Below, piece by piece: positions 10,701-19,055 of a stretch of 55,077 nt of DNA; the stretch's first letter is position 1; each line of letters starts with the position of its first letter. The stretch spans positions 1-55,077 of the IMG/VR virus record IMGVR_UViG_3300037479_000047. The stretch is one strand, 5' to 3'. The notes beneath the pieces are model-generated. The model was not told the DNA's origin. It worked only from the letters and a program-made list of their open reading frames with translations, and did no database searches. Both the position numbers and the translations under genes were made by a program. Origin of the DNA: a virus (lineage: Duplodnaviria; Caudoviricetes).

Positions 10701-10997
10701 TTCCCAGCCTTCTGCTGTTGCTTTATTCCGCATCATCACACCTCTCTCCGTTCTGTGTGACCCCCCGGCCCGCTACCGTCTGAGGGCTTCGGGAATTTCC
10801 AAATCTTCGGGCGGCGCAATGCTCGATAGCGTCACGGGCGTTTTGGCCTTGGGCTTGCGCGCGTAGCTGCGCTTCGGCTTGGGCATTTCAGTTTCTGCTT
10901 GCGCGAAAATGACGGTGAGCTTGCCTTCGCCATAAGAGACGCTAACGATTTCGCCCGCCGCTGCCGCCTCGCTGATGGCGGCCCAGATTTTCTGCAT
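7719..10997 (-). other. Array of about 12 small, translationally coupled early hypothetical ORFs (e.g. 7719..7907, 8519..8719, 8907..9167, 9697..10089, 10086..10385, 10389..10739)
   Basis: Consecutive minus-strand ORFs with ATGA/GTGA overlaps and GGAG RBSs; several are Cys-rich. Confidence 0.65.
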
Positions 10998-11097
10998 GTC
11001 TCGATCTCCCTGAGGGGTGGCCGGGAGCATTCGCGCTCCCGACCGTGAGGAGAAAACAAGGACCTTCGGGTGAAAGGAGAAGTCCCGAAGGCTGGCC

Positions 11098-11152
11098 GTA
11101 AATCTAAATTACCCCTCAAGGCGTGTCAATAGGGTTCGTAAAATTATTTTAC
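11098..11152 (-). promoter_or_regulatory. Leftward early promoter (PL-like) with two operator-like palindromes
   Basis: Minus strand TTGACA (11129-11124), 17-nt spacer, TAGATT (11106-11101); GTAAA-N5-TTTAC perfect at 11138-11152 and degenerate at 11098-11112. Confidence 0.7.
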
Positions 11153-11158
11153 GGTTGT

Positions 11159-11512
11159 TTATTCGGCTGGCGTAACTGTGGCTTCCGCCGTAGGGGCAGG
11201 ATCGGCGCGGCGGCGCTTTTTGGGCGAACTGTCGATCAGCAGTTCATCGGGCGTGATCTCGAACAGCTCGCAAATGCGAAGCAGAACCTCAATATTTGGT
11301 AGTGAGGAACCGCGCTCATACGTTCTATAGGTGGGGGGCTCCAGCCCCAGAGCATGGGCAGCCTGTTCGGCTGAGTCGAACTCGGCGGCAATCCGGGCCT
11401 GTTTCAGCCGTCTGCCGAACATCTTTTTGATCTTCATATATTTGCTCGTGAGCGTGCCCATGCATGACATTTCATGCGAAATGTCGGGGCGGGTCACGCA
11501 AATCGGTTTCAC
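11159..11512 (-). CDS. XRE-family HTH repressor (CI-like, no peptidase domain; true start may be 11461 or 11437)
   Basis: FGRRLKQARI...AAHALGL...YRTYERG...PNIEVLLRICELFEITPDELL; lies between divergent promoters. Confidence 0.85.
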   Translation of the reverse strand: MKPICVTRPDISHEMSCMGTLTSKYMKIKKMFGRRLKQARIAAEFDSAEQAAHALGLEPPTYRTYERGSSLPNIEVLLRICELFEITPDELLIDSSPKKRRRADPAPTAEATVTPAE

Positions 11513-11524
11513 TGTTTTTCAATG

Positions 11525-11570
11525 TTGACAGTAAAATCATTTAACGGTAATGTCAAATTATGATTTTGAC
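11525..11570 (+). promoter_or_regulatory. Rightward promoter (PR-like) with operator in the spacer
   Basis: TTGACA 11525-11530, 17-nt spacer, TAATGT 11548-11553; GTAAAATCATTTAAC at 11531-11545; GTCAAA-N7-TTTGAC inverted repeat at 11552-11570. Confidence 0.7.
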
Positions 11571-12121
11571 GCGCGCTGCCCCGTTCGCAACTAGGGGCGC
11601 GCCGTCTAAGAAGGACCGACCCGCCAGTGCCTTTTCGGGCCGGTCCTTCGCTTTGAGTGGTTGCAAGTCGTTGAGTTCAAACCCCGCCACAACCTAAACG
11701 GCGGGAGCTGCGTTCCGGTTCCAGTTTTCCGCCTCCTGAGTTGGTGGGGGCGGGCGCCACACGGGGGATTTCGGCGCGTCCCCTAGTCAGGTAACGGCGA
11801 GCGGGAGGGGCTTTCATCCCACAAGCCGAGCGTAGCGTAACGAGTGAGTAGCGTCATGTCCTGGCATGATGAGTGCGCACCGACGGTGCTGGATAAAGCA
11901 CTTGTGGTGCAGGAGAGACGAAGGCCAAGGCTGAACTTGTCGCGCTGTATCGGCGCGTTGAGAGGCTAGAGGCGAACCGTGACGGCGTTGCTATTCAGGA
12001 TCAGAATCTGGATCGCCGATCGCTTGATCAATCTCGGGCTGATCCGCCTCGCGCTACGGGTGGCACCGCCCGTTAATTCTCTTTTCCGCGACACGCCCCG
12101 CGCCTCAACCCGGAGGCGCGC

Positions 12122-12451
12122 ATGAACTCGGAGCGCAAGCAACGGCTCAAAACGCTATGGCACGCCGGCGAGAAGGCGGAGGTCATCGCCGCCGAGCTCG
12201 GCGTCACCTATGAAACCATCAGGATCAACAGGCGCCGCCTTGGGCTTCCCGCGCGTGGCCACGGCGGTTGTGAAGGGCTGCCGGTTTCCATCCCTCTCCT
12301 CTCCACGCATAAAATCGTGCGCGCGCACATGCTATGGCGCAACGGCATGGACACGCTCTCGATCGCCAGCGCGCTGCATAGCACCGAGCCGGAGATTTAC
12401 AACTCCCTCTCCAATTATCGCGAGGCCCTGCGCAAGGGGATCACGCCATGA
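12122..12451 (+). CDS. HTH DNA-binding protein (GcrA N-terminus-like)
   Basis: LKTLWHAGEKAEVIAAELGVT...RLGLPAR. Confidence 0.6.
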   Translation: MNSERKQRLKTLWHAGEKAEVIAAELGVTYETIRINRRRLGLPARGHGGCEGLPVSIPLLSTHKIVRAHMLWRNGMDTLSIASALHSTEPEIYNSLSNYREALRKGITP

Positions 12452-12915
12452 CCGGCGCCCCGCAACAGAACAGCGCCGTGTCCCACGCGCGGCGGCTGGC
12501 AGGACCGGAGGCCGAGGTTCCCGCACTCGCCTCGCCTCCGGTCCGATCTATCACCGCCAAGAAGCAGACCTTTCATCTGCCTTTCCCGCCGACCGCCAAC
12601 CTGATGTGGCGCCGCAGTGGCAAGCGTATTCACCGTTCGAGCAAATATCAGGCATGGGCCGACGAGGCCGGCAGGGCGCTCATCCTTCAGCGCCCGAAGA
12701 AAACGCAAGGCCCGGTTCGGCTGACAATCGGGCTTAGGCGCGCAGACAGCCGCCGCTACGACATCGACAACCGAGTGAAGCCGCTTCTCGATCTGCTCGT
12801 TTCGCATCTCATCATCGAAAGCGACGACCACGCTTGCGTGCGCGAGATTACGGTTCACGTCGACCCGACAATAGACCCCGGCGCGCAAGTCACCCTCCAT
12901 GAGGTTGGCGCATGA
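12448..12915 (+). CDS. rusA: RusA-family Holliday junction resolvase
   Basis: LPFPPTAN..WR, DIDNRVKPLLD and IIESDD motifs. Confidence 0.85.
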   Translation: MTGAPQQNSAVSHARRLAGPEAEVPALASPPVRSITAKKQTFHLPFPPTANLMWRRSGKRIHRSSKYQAWADEAGRALILQRPKKTQGPVRLTIGLRRADSRRYDIDNRVKPLLDLLVSHLIIESDDHACVREITVHVDPTIDPGAQVTLHEVGA

Positions 12916-13097
12916 CGCACATCAACAAGGCTTGGTGGTTGGGCAAATTGTTCATCGTCGCCTGGAAGGACAAATTCTCCGACTGCCCGAACTGCTTGGG
13001 CTCGGGCCACGTCACCATGAGCCAGAGCGAATTGCGCACGGTGCCGCGCCGCGACGGCATGGGCCGCGAGGCGATCCGCGCGGAGATCATCTATTGA
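12912..13097 (+). CDS. Small CxxC hypothetical protein
   Basis: CPNCLGSG; coupled to rusA. Confidence 0.5.
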   Translation: MTHINKAWWLGKLFIVAWKDKFSDCPNCLGSGHVTMSQSELRTVPRRDGMGREAIRAEIIY

Positions 13098-13156
13098 GCG
13101 CCGTGCCCGTGCTGCAACCAAGCCTTTCCGCAACAAGCAACGCAAAGGGCCGCTTG

Positions 13157-14050
13157 ATGTTCCTCACCCAAGAGCGCCTGAAAGAGATTTTATCCTACGA
13201 CCCAGCTACAGGCGAGTTTTATGCCAAACTCGGCCCTCGCACCCGCACGGGTAATCCCTGTGGGCACGTCGATAAGAATGGCTATCGACGGATACGGGTC
13301 GATGGTCGACGCTATCTCGCACATCGGTTGGCTTGGTTCTACGTGCATGGAACGTGGCCCGCAGAGCATATCGACCACATCAACGGGGAAGGTGACGATA
13401 ATCGCATCGCCAATTTGCGACCAGCGTCTCGCGCTCAGAATAGGGCGAACAATAGGGGCTGGGGTAAGTCTGGTCTGAAAGGCGCGCACTACAACCGTTT
13501 CCGCAATTATTGGCAAGCTTACATCAAGATCAACGGGCGCAGTCATTGGCTCGGCAGGTTCGATAGCCGCGAGGACGCCCACGCCGCCTACGTTCGTGCA
13601 GCCTTGCTTAAAACGCTTCATGCGAAAGGGCTATCGTTCTCAAAAATAGCCTCGCGTATTGGATGCGGGTTATCGCGCAACGCCGTAATAGGTAAGGCTG
13701 CCCGACTCGGGCTCCCCCGCCGCGGCCCCGATCGCAAAGGCCGCGCGTCACAACGCAACGGCACCCCGTCCCCACTCCAACTCGTGCGCACCACAGCCCC
13801 CCGTCCGTCGCGCACGAAGGCGGCCGGCTCCAACGGGACATCCCTCCCCGTCGAGTCGGCCGCCGCCGTTCCCGAGAAGCCTGAGAACTGCGTCAGCCTT
13901 GCGGCACTGAAAGTCGGTATGTGCCGCTATCCGTATGGTGACAGCGCGCCGTTTGAGTTCTGCGGACGCCCCACTTGCGACGGCGCGAGCTATTGCGAGG
14001 GCCATCATCGTCTGTGCTTGACGCCGGTGCCGAAGGTGAGGGCAGCATGA
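13157..14050 (+). CDS. HNH-AP2 endonuclease fused in frame to a GcrA-like regulator
   Basis: N-terminal YLAHRLAW..IDHING...NRIANLR plus AP2 WLGRF; C-terminal SRNAVIGKAARLGL and CRYPYG...FCG...YCEGH GcrA motifs. Confidence 0.8.
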   Translation: MFLTQERLKEILSYDPATGEFYAKLGPRTRTGNPCGHVDKNGYRRIRVDGRRYLAHRLAWFYVHGTWPAEHIDHINGEGDDNRIANLRPASRAQNRANNRGWGKSGLKGAHYNRFRNYWQAYIKINGRSHWLGRFDSREDAHAAYVRAALLKTLHAKGLSFSKIASRIGCGLSRNAVIGKAARLGLPRRGPDRKGRASQRNGTPSPLQLVRTTAPRPSRTKAAGSNGTSLPVESAAAVPEKPENCVSLAALKVGMCRYPYGDSAPFEFCGRPTCDGASYCEGHHRLCLTPVPKVRAA

Positions 14051-14445
14051 ACAAGCGCGACGATTGGGAAAAGCCTCGCAGCCACGGCACGAAACTGACC
14101 GAGGTCGAGATCGACCGCATCAAGCTCGGCTTTGTCAGGGGTGAACGGATTGAGGACGTCGCGCGCGAACTCGCCGCCGCATCGCGCACGGTGTCCAAGT
14201 ATTACGGATTCTTTCGCGCCGAAGGGGTCCATAGTCGCGGCAGCGGGGCGCCAATCCGCTCCAACCATCGCCGGGACCGACCGCTCGGCGGGATAGTCCG
14301 CATGGAGCCGCGCCCGATGACCGAGGCTGATCTGCGCCGCTATCGTGAGAGGCAGCCGCGCGACACGCGGGACCTCACCAGCCGCATTCTCGGCGACCCA
14401 CTGCCGGGGCGCTCCGCACTTGATCAGAGGAGGGCAATGCGATGA
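14047..14445 (+). CDS. Hypothetical HTH protein
   Basis: IEDVARELAAASRTVSKY and GDPLPGRSAL motifs. Confidence 0.55.
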   Translation: MNKRDDWEKPRSHGTKLTEVEIDRIKLGFVRGERIEDVARELAAASRTVSKYYGFFRAEGVHSRGSGAPIRSNHRRDRPLGGIVRMEPRPMTEADLRRYRERQPRDTRDLTSRILGDPLPGRSALDQRRAMR

Positions 14446-14580
14446 ACGCTGAACTTATCCAATTCCCCATACATCTGACCAGCCGACGCCGCGCCCCGCT
14501 TGTGAACCACGTCATCCCGTTCCGCCGCCCGGAGCGGTACCCGCCCGCCGAAATAGCCTTGCTGCAGCACTGAGGGCCAC

Positions 14581-14850
14581 ATGAGACGCAAATTCACCCG
14601 CGAGGAAGACGACATCATCCGCGCCTACTACCCGACACTAGGCGGGAAGATCATTCGATGGTTTCCCGGAAGGACCAAGCATCACATCTCAGCCAGGGCG
14701 CAGCGACTCGGCATCAACATGAAGGGCTATCGCCCGCGTGAGGTTCGCCGCGACGAAGACCGATATGAATTTTACTGCCACTACATGCGAGCACAGGACT
14801 TAGCCTTTCAAGCAGCCATGCTGGCGCATCCTGAGGAATGGCCGGGGTGA
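14581..14850 (+). CDS. Myb/HTH-like small protein
   Basis: FTREEDDIIR...PGRT..I..RAQRLGI. Confidence 0.55.
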   Translation: MRRKFTREEDDIIRAYYPTLGGKIIRWFPGRTKHHISARAQRLGINMKGYRPREVRRDEDRYEFYCHYMRAQDLAFQAAMLAHPEEWPG

Positions 14851-15560
14851 GCGGGTTGGTTCTGTCTCTTTTCCCCGGTATCGGGCTGCTCGACATGGCC
14901 TTCGAGGAAGAAGGTTTTTGCGTCGTGCGCGGTCCTGATCTTTTGTGGGGCGGGGATATTCAGAAGTTTCACCCGCCGACCGGAAAGTTCGACGGGGTGA
15001 TCGGCGGGCCGCCGTGCCAAGCGTTCTCGCAGCTTCGGTATATTGTCGAAACAAATGGCTTTTCGACTGCACCGAACCTAATTCCTGAATTTGAGCGATG
15101 TGTGGCAGAGGCGCGTCCGTCATGGTTCTTGATGGAGAACGTGCCCGCCGCACCTGAGCCGGAAGTTACCGGCTACTGGATTTTTAGCCAGATGGTTCGC
15201 GACGTTTGGGTGGGAGGTCTAACGCAGCGCCTTCGCCGGTTCACTTGGGGCAACCTTGTTCACAAGGCACTCAACATTGAAACGCTCGCGCTGCATCCCG
15301 AAGGCGAGGGGACCGTTGTTGCCGGTCACGGACTTGCGCCAGGGCAGCGGGATAGAGTTCGCAAATTCCGCGGCGGTAACGTCATGGACTTGCGTGAGGC
15401 GTGCCGCCTCCAAGGACTGCCGGAAGATTTCTTGGCTGACGCGCCATTCACCGTTCACGGCAAACGTAAAGTCATCGGCAACGGTGTCCCTCTTCCTATG
15501 GGCAGAGCTGTAGCAAAAGCCGTGAAGGCTGCGCTCGCAAAGCAGGAGCAGGCCGCATGA
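14847..15560 (+). CDS. DNA (cytosine-5) methyltransferase
   Basis: LSLFPGIG (motif I), GGPPCQ (IV), MENV (VI), LQGLP and IGNGV (IX/X). Confidence 0.88.
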   Translation: MSGLVLSLFPGIGLLDMAFEEEGFCVVRGPDLLWGGDIQKFHPPTGKFDGVIGGPPCQAFSQLRYIVETNGFSTAPNLIPEFERCVAEARPSWFLMENVPAAPEPEVTGYWIFSQMVRDVWVGGLTQRLRRFTWGNLVHKALNIETLALHPEGEGTVVAGHGLAPGQRDRVRKFRGGNVMDLREACRLQGLPEDFLADAPFTVHGKRKVIGNGVPLPMGRAVAKAVKAALAKQEQAA

Positions 15561-15815
15561 GCGGAAAGAACGCCCCCAACCATCCGAACGAGACGAGGCC
15601 AAGCGCATGAGTGATCGGCTTTCCCCCTCCCACACCAAGCAGGGCCCGGGCCGGGAGCACGCCTATGGCAAAGGCGGAAGGGCCAAACTGCGCAAGCGAG
15701 TGACGCGCGGCACCGCAAGCCTCGCCAATCCGTTCTGCCCGACCGATCACAGTCTCGATGCGGTCTGGAAATTGTCGCCGACACAGCGGCATGAGCGGGA
15801 GAGAGCGAACGCGCG

Positions 15816-16043
15816 ATGAAGCAGAGCCGCTCTACCTCGCTGATCGAGTCGATTGCCAACGTCATCGCTGGCGTCGGCGTAGCGTGCGTGGCGCAAATCA
15901 TAATCTTCCCTTGGTTCGGCATCCATATCGCGCTGATCGCCACATTCCAGATCGCGCTGGTAATGACCGGCATTTCCATCGTCCGGCAATACATCCTGCG
16001 GCGCCTGTTTGAGCATCTGAGAGTGACGGGGGTGATGCCGTGA
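15816..16043 (+). CDS. Small two-TM membrane protein
   Basis: MKQSRSTSLIESIANV...RQYILRRLF. Confidence 0.65.
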   Translation: MKQSRSTSLIESIANVIAGVGVACVAQIIIFPWFGIHIALIATFQIALVMTGISIVRQYILRRLFEHLRVTGVMP

Positions 16044-16630
16044 CCGTGCATGTCGCTCGCAGTCTCGTTTCTGGCAACAATCGCGCACCATTAGCAGAGC
16101 GCAAGGACGACCTTTACGAGACGCCACCGGAGGCGGTGCGCGCCCTGCTCAAGTCCGAGGAAATTCCTCACAAGGTATGGGAGCCAGCTTGCGGGCCAGG
16201 CGCTATCGTCAAAGAGTTGCGGGCGTCCGGCCGCGACGTGGTTGCCACGGATCTCGTCGCCTATGGCTGCCCCGACAGTCAGTCCAGGCGCGATTTTCTC
16301 ATGGAAAGGAAGGCACCGCAGGGCGTGACCTGCATCGTCACCAATCCGCCCTTCAAATTAGCCGACGAGTTTCTTGAGCGCGCTACGGCACTTGTCCCGC
16401 TCGTCGTCATGCTTCTGCGCCTTGAGTTCATCGCTGGTGTGCGTGGAGGATTGCTTGACCGCTTACCCCCCGCTCGGATTCACGCCTTCCGTAATCGGCT
16501 GCCCCGGATGCATCGGCATGGCTACGAGGGCCCTAAGGCGACAAGTCGGCTGAATTTCGCTTGGTTTGTATGGGACCGCGCGCACCAAGGCCCGACCGAG
16601 CTGCGGCGAATTTCCTGGGAGGCGCAATGA
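16040..16630 (+). CDS. DNA amino-methyltransferase (NPPF type, probably N6-adenine)
   Basis: DLYETP, WEPACGPG and IVTNPPF motifs. Confidence 0.8.
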   Translation: MTVHVARSLVSGNNRAPLAERKDDLYETPPEAVRALLKSEEIPHKVWEPACGPGAIVKELRASGRDVVATDLVAYGCPDSQSRRDFLMERKAPQGVTCIVTNPPFKLADEFLERATALVPLVVMLLRLEFIAGVRGGLLDRLPPARIHAFRNRLPRMHRHGYEGPKATSRLNFAWFVWDRAHQGPTELRRISWEAQ

Positions 16631-17646
16631 CCGTCCGCATCATCAACGCCGATGTAATGGAGGGGCTTGCTCAGATCGAGAGCGAGAGCGTGCAGGCAAT
16701 CGTGACCTCACCACCCTACTGGCGTCAGCGAGACTACGGAATGGACAGCCAGATCGGTTTGGAGAGCACGCCCGAGGAATACACCGAAAAGCTGATTGTC
16801 GCGCTGCGCGAGGCCCGCCGCGTGCTCCGCAACGATGGAACGCTATGGCTCAATCTCGGCGATAAGTGGGCGTCGGGAGGAAATGGCGGCGGGGGCAAGT
16901 GGATGGTCGAGCGCGGCCACGCCTGGGACCACGCTAAAAACGCGAAGGGTTGGCGAAAGCCTCCCGCTGGTTACAAGGACAAAGACCTTGTTGGCGTGCC
17001 GTGGATGGTCGCCTTTGCACTGCGCGCCGATGGCTGGTTCCTGCGTCAGTGCAACATATGGGCGAAGCCGAATGGGATGCCTGAGAGCGTCGAAGATCGC
17101 TCGACCGTCAGCCACGAATACATTTTCCATCTGTCGAAGCGAAACGACTATTTTTACAACGGCGAGGATGCGCGCACTCCGGCTGCACCGTCATCGGAAA
17201 TTCGCCTCACGCAGAATGTCGAAGCACAGGCTGGCTCAGCCCGGGCTCATGCTGGCGGCAAAACCAACGGCCCGATGAAGGCTGTCTTTGGCGGTCGCAA
17301 CAAGTCAGAAGGCTACGGCACGCGCCGCGCATCTGGCCGAGAGGACGAAGGCAAATACCTAGAGCGCGGCTGCAATCTGCGTTCGGTCTGGTGGGTTGCG
17401 CCGGCCTCTTACAGTGAAGGCCACTATGCAGTCATGCCCGACTTGCTCGCTGAAATCTGCATCATCTGTGGCAGCAAGCCAGGCGACACGATCCTTGATC
17501 CTTTCGGGGGCGCGGGGACTACTGGCCTCGTTGCTGATCGTCTAGGCCGCAACGCCATCCTGATCGAACTCAATCCTGAATACGCGGCAATGGCCGAGCG
17601 TCGCATTAAAGGCGACTGCCCGATGTTCGCGGAGGTGAGCGCATGA
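16627..17646 (+). CDS. Beta-class DNA N4-C/N6-A methyltransferase
   Basis: VTSPPY followed by C-terminal LDPFGGAGTT and IELN. Confidence 0.9.
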   Translation: MTVRIINADVMEGLAQIESESVQAIVTSPPYWRQRDYGMDSQIGLESTPEEYTEKLIVALREARRVLRNDGTLWLNLGDKWASGGNGGGGKWMVERGHAWDHAKNAKGWRKPPAGYKDKDLVGVPWMVAFALRADGWFLRQCNIWAKPNGMPESVEDRSTVSHEYIFHLSKRNDYFYNGEDARTPAAPSSEIRLTQNVEAQAGSARAHAGGKTNGPMKAVFGGRNKSEGYGTRRASGREDEGKYLERGCNLRSVWWVAPASYSEGHYAVMPDLLAEICIICGSKPGDTILDPFGGAGTTGLVADRLGRNAILIELNPEYAAMAERRIKGDCPMFAEVSA

Positions 17647-17944
17647 GTCGGCTGCCAGCTTGCCACGGTGGAGGCGGTCATGCCGTCGCGCATGTCAGCC
17701 CCAGGGAGCGCAGAGAGGAGAGGGCGGCCGCCCGTCATCGGAATACCGATAACGCCGACATTCGCCCCTGGATCCAGGTGGGAGAAGCGGCCGAATTGGC
17801 GCTGTCGGCCATCGAGCAAAAGATGCGGGAGGCCGAGTGATGCCCTGCACCCATGGAGGCTCTAACGATATTTCAAACCTTCAAACCCTTTGCGAGTCAT
17901 GCAACGCCATCAAGGCGAGCCGGGAAGATTGGGGGCGCACTTAA

Positions 17945-18637
17945 ATGGCCCGCTATCGAACTATCAAGCCAGAATTTTGGACAAGCGCACAGGTCATCGA
18001 ATGTTCGACGAACGCTCGCCTTCTATTCATTGGCCTGTGGAATTTTTGCGACGACGCCGGCCGGCACCCGCTGCGGCCCAAACAGATCAAGGCGGAGGTA
18101 TTCCCGGCAGACGACTTTTCCCCTGACGATATTCAGCGAATGCTCGCCGAATTGTCGGCGAACGGCCTTATATCTCCTTACACCGTTGATGGACAAGAGT
18201 ATTTTCAGGTTACGGGATGGCACCACCAGAAAATAGACCGGCCGCAAAAACCCAAATGCCCCCCACCTCCCGAGCAGGACTCGTCGAACACTCGACGAAT
18301 GCTCGCGCCTGAAAAGAGTAGAGAAGAAGATAAGGGAAAAGAAAAGAATCAAAAGCGCGTCAGCGCGCCTGATGGTGATTATGCGTTCAAGGGCAAGGTC
18401 ATCAGGCTGACGCAGGCGGATTACGACGCGTGGGCTGAGGCTAACCCCCACATCGAGCTGCGCAGTTACCTCGTCGCGCGAGACGCCTACCTTGCGGCGC
18501 AGCCGGAATCCGAGCGCAAGCGCTGGTTCATCTCGACCCCGGCCGATCTGCGCAACAAGAACCTGGAAGCCAAGCGCAAAGCAAAACCGCCACCGCGGGT
18601 CGAGGCGATCGGCGGCTTGCGGATTCCAGACCACTAG
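17945..18637 (+). CDS. Phage replication initiator (replisome organiser-like)
   Basis: MARYRTIKPEFW...RLLFIGLWNFCDDAGR...W..HQKIDRP. Confidence 0.75.
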   Translation: MARYRTIKPEFWTSAQVIECSTNARLLFIGLWNFCDDAGRHPLRPKQIKAEVFPADDFSPDDIQRMLAELSANGLISPYTVDGQEYFQVTGWHHQKIDRPQKPKCPPPPEQDSSNTRRMLAPEKSREEDKGKEKNQKRVSAPDGDYAFKGKVIRLTQADYDAWAEANPHIELRSYLVARDAYLAAQPESERKRWFISTPADLRNKNLEAKRKAKPPPRVEAIGGLRIPDH

Positions 18638-18650
18638 GGGAGAAGTATGG

Positions 18651-19055
18651 GTGAAAACGGACAGCGAGATTTTGGCGGAAGCAGGTATCGCCAGCGTGCG
18701 CGCACATCGGGGAACGCAGCGCACGCTTTGCCCCAAGTGCTCGCACACGCGCAAGGTTCACAAGCGCGAACGGTGCCTTTCGGTGACGTTCAAGCCGGAC
18801 GGCGTGGTGTGGCATTGCTGGCATTGCGGCTGGGCGGGAGGCGCGTTCTATGACGGCGGCGCGGGAGCAGGGCGCGGCGTGGCTCGAGGCGCGCGGGCTC
18901 GACCCCGAACTCGCCGACAAGATGGGATGGGAAGCGTCTTTCCGAAAGGACGGAACGGTGTGGTTGAAGATCCCATACATCCGCGACGGCCAGCCCGTGA
19001 CGACGCAATATCGCCGGCTCGACGCCAAGGAGTTTCGCTTTGTAAGCGGTTCTGA
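18651..19055 (+). CDS. Primase zinc-binding domain encoded in a separate frame
   Basis: CPKC...CLSV...WHCWHCGW; GTG 18651 after GGGGAG RBS. Confidence 0.6.
   Translation: MKTDSEILAEAGIASVRAHRGTQRTLCPKCSHTRKVHKRERCLSVTFKPDGVVWHCWHCGWAGGAFYDGGAGAGRGVARGARARPRTRRQDGMGSVFPKGRNGVVEDPIHPRRPARDDAISPARRQGVSLCKRF

Noticed and set aside
11570-11790. tRNA gene
   Set aside because: I could not build a cloverleaf with proper D and T arms, although a GTTCAAA-like word occurs near 11675.
12899-13156. N-terminal extension of the HNH-GcrA ORF
   Set aside because: It overlaps 12912..13097, and recognisable HNH sequence starts at ATG 13157.
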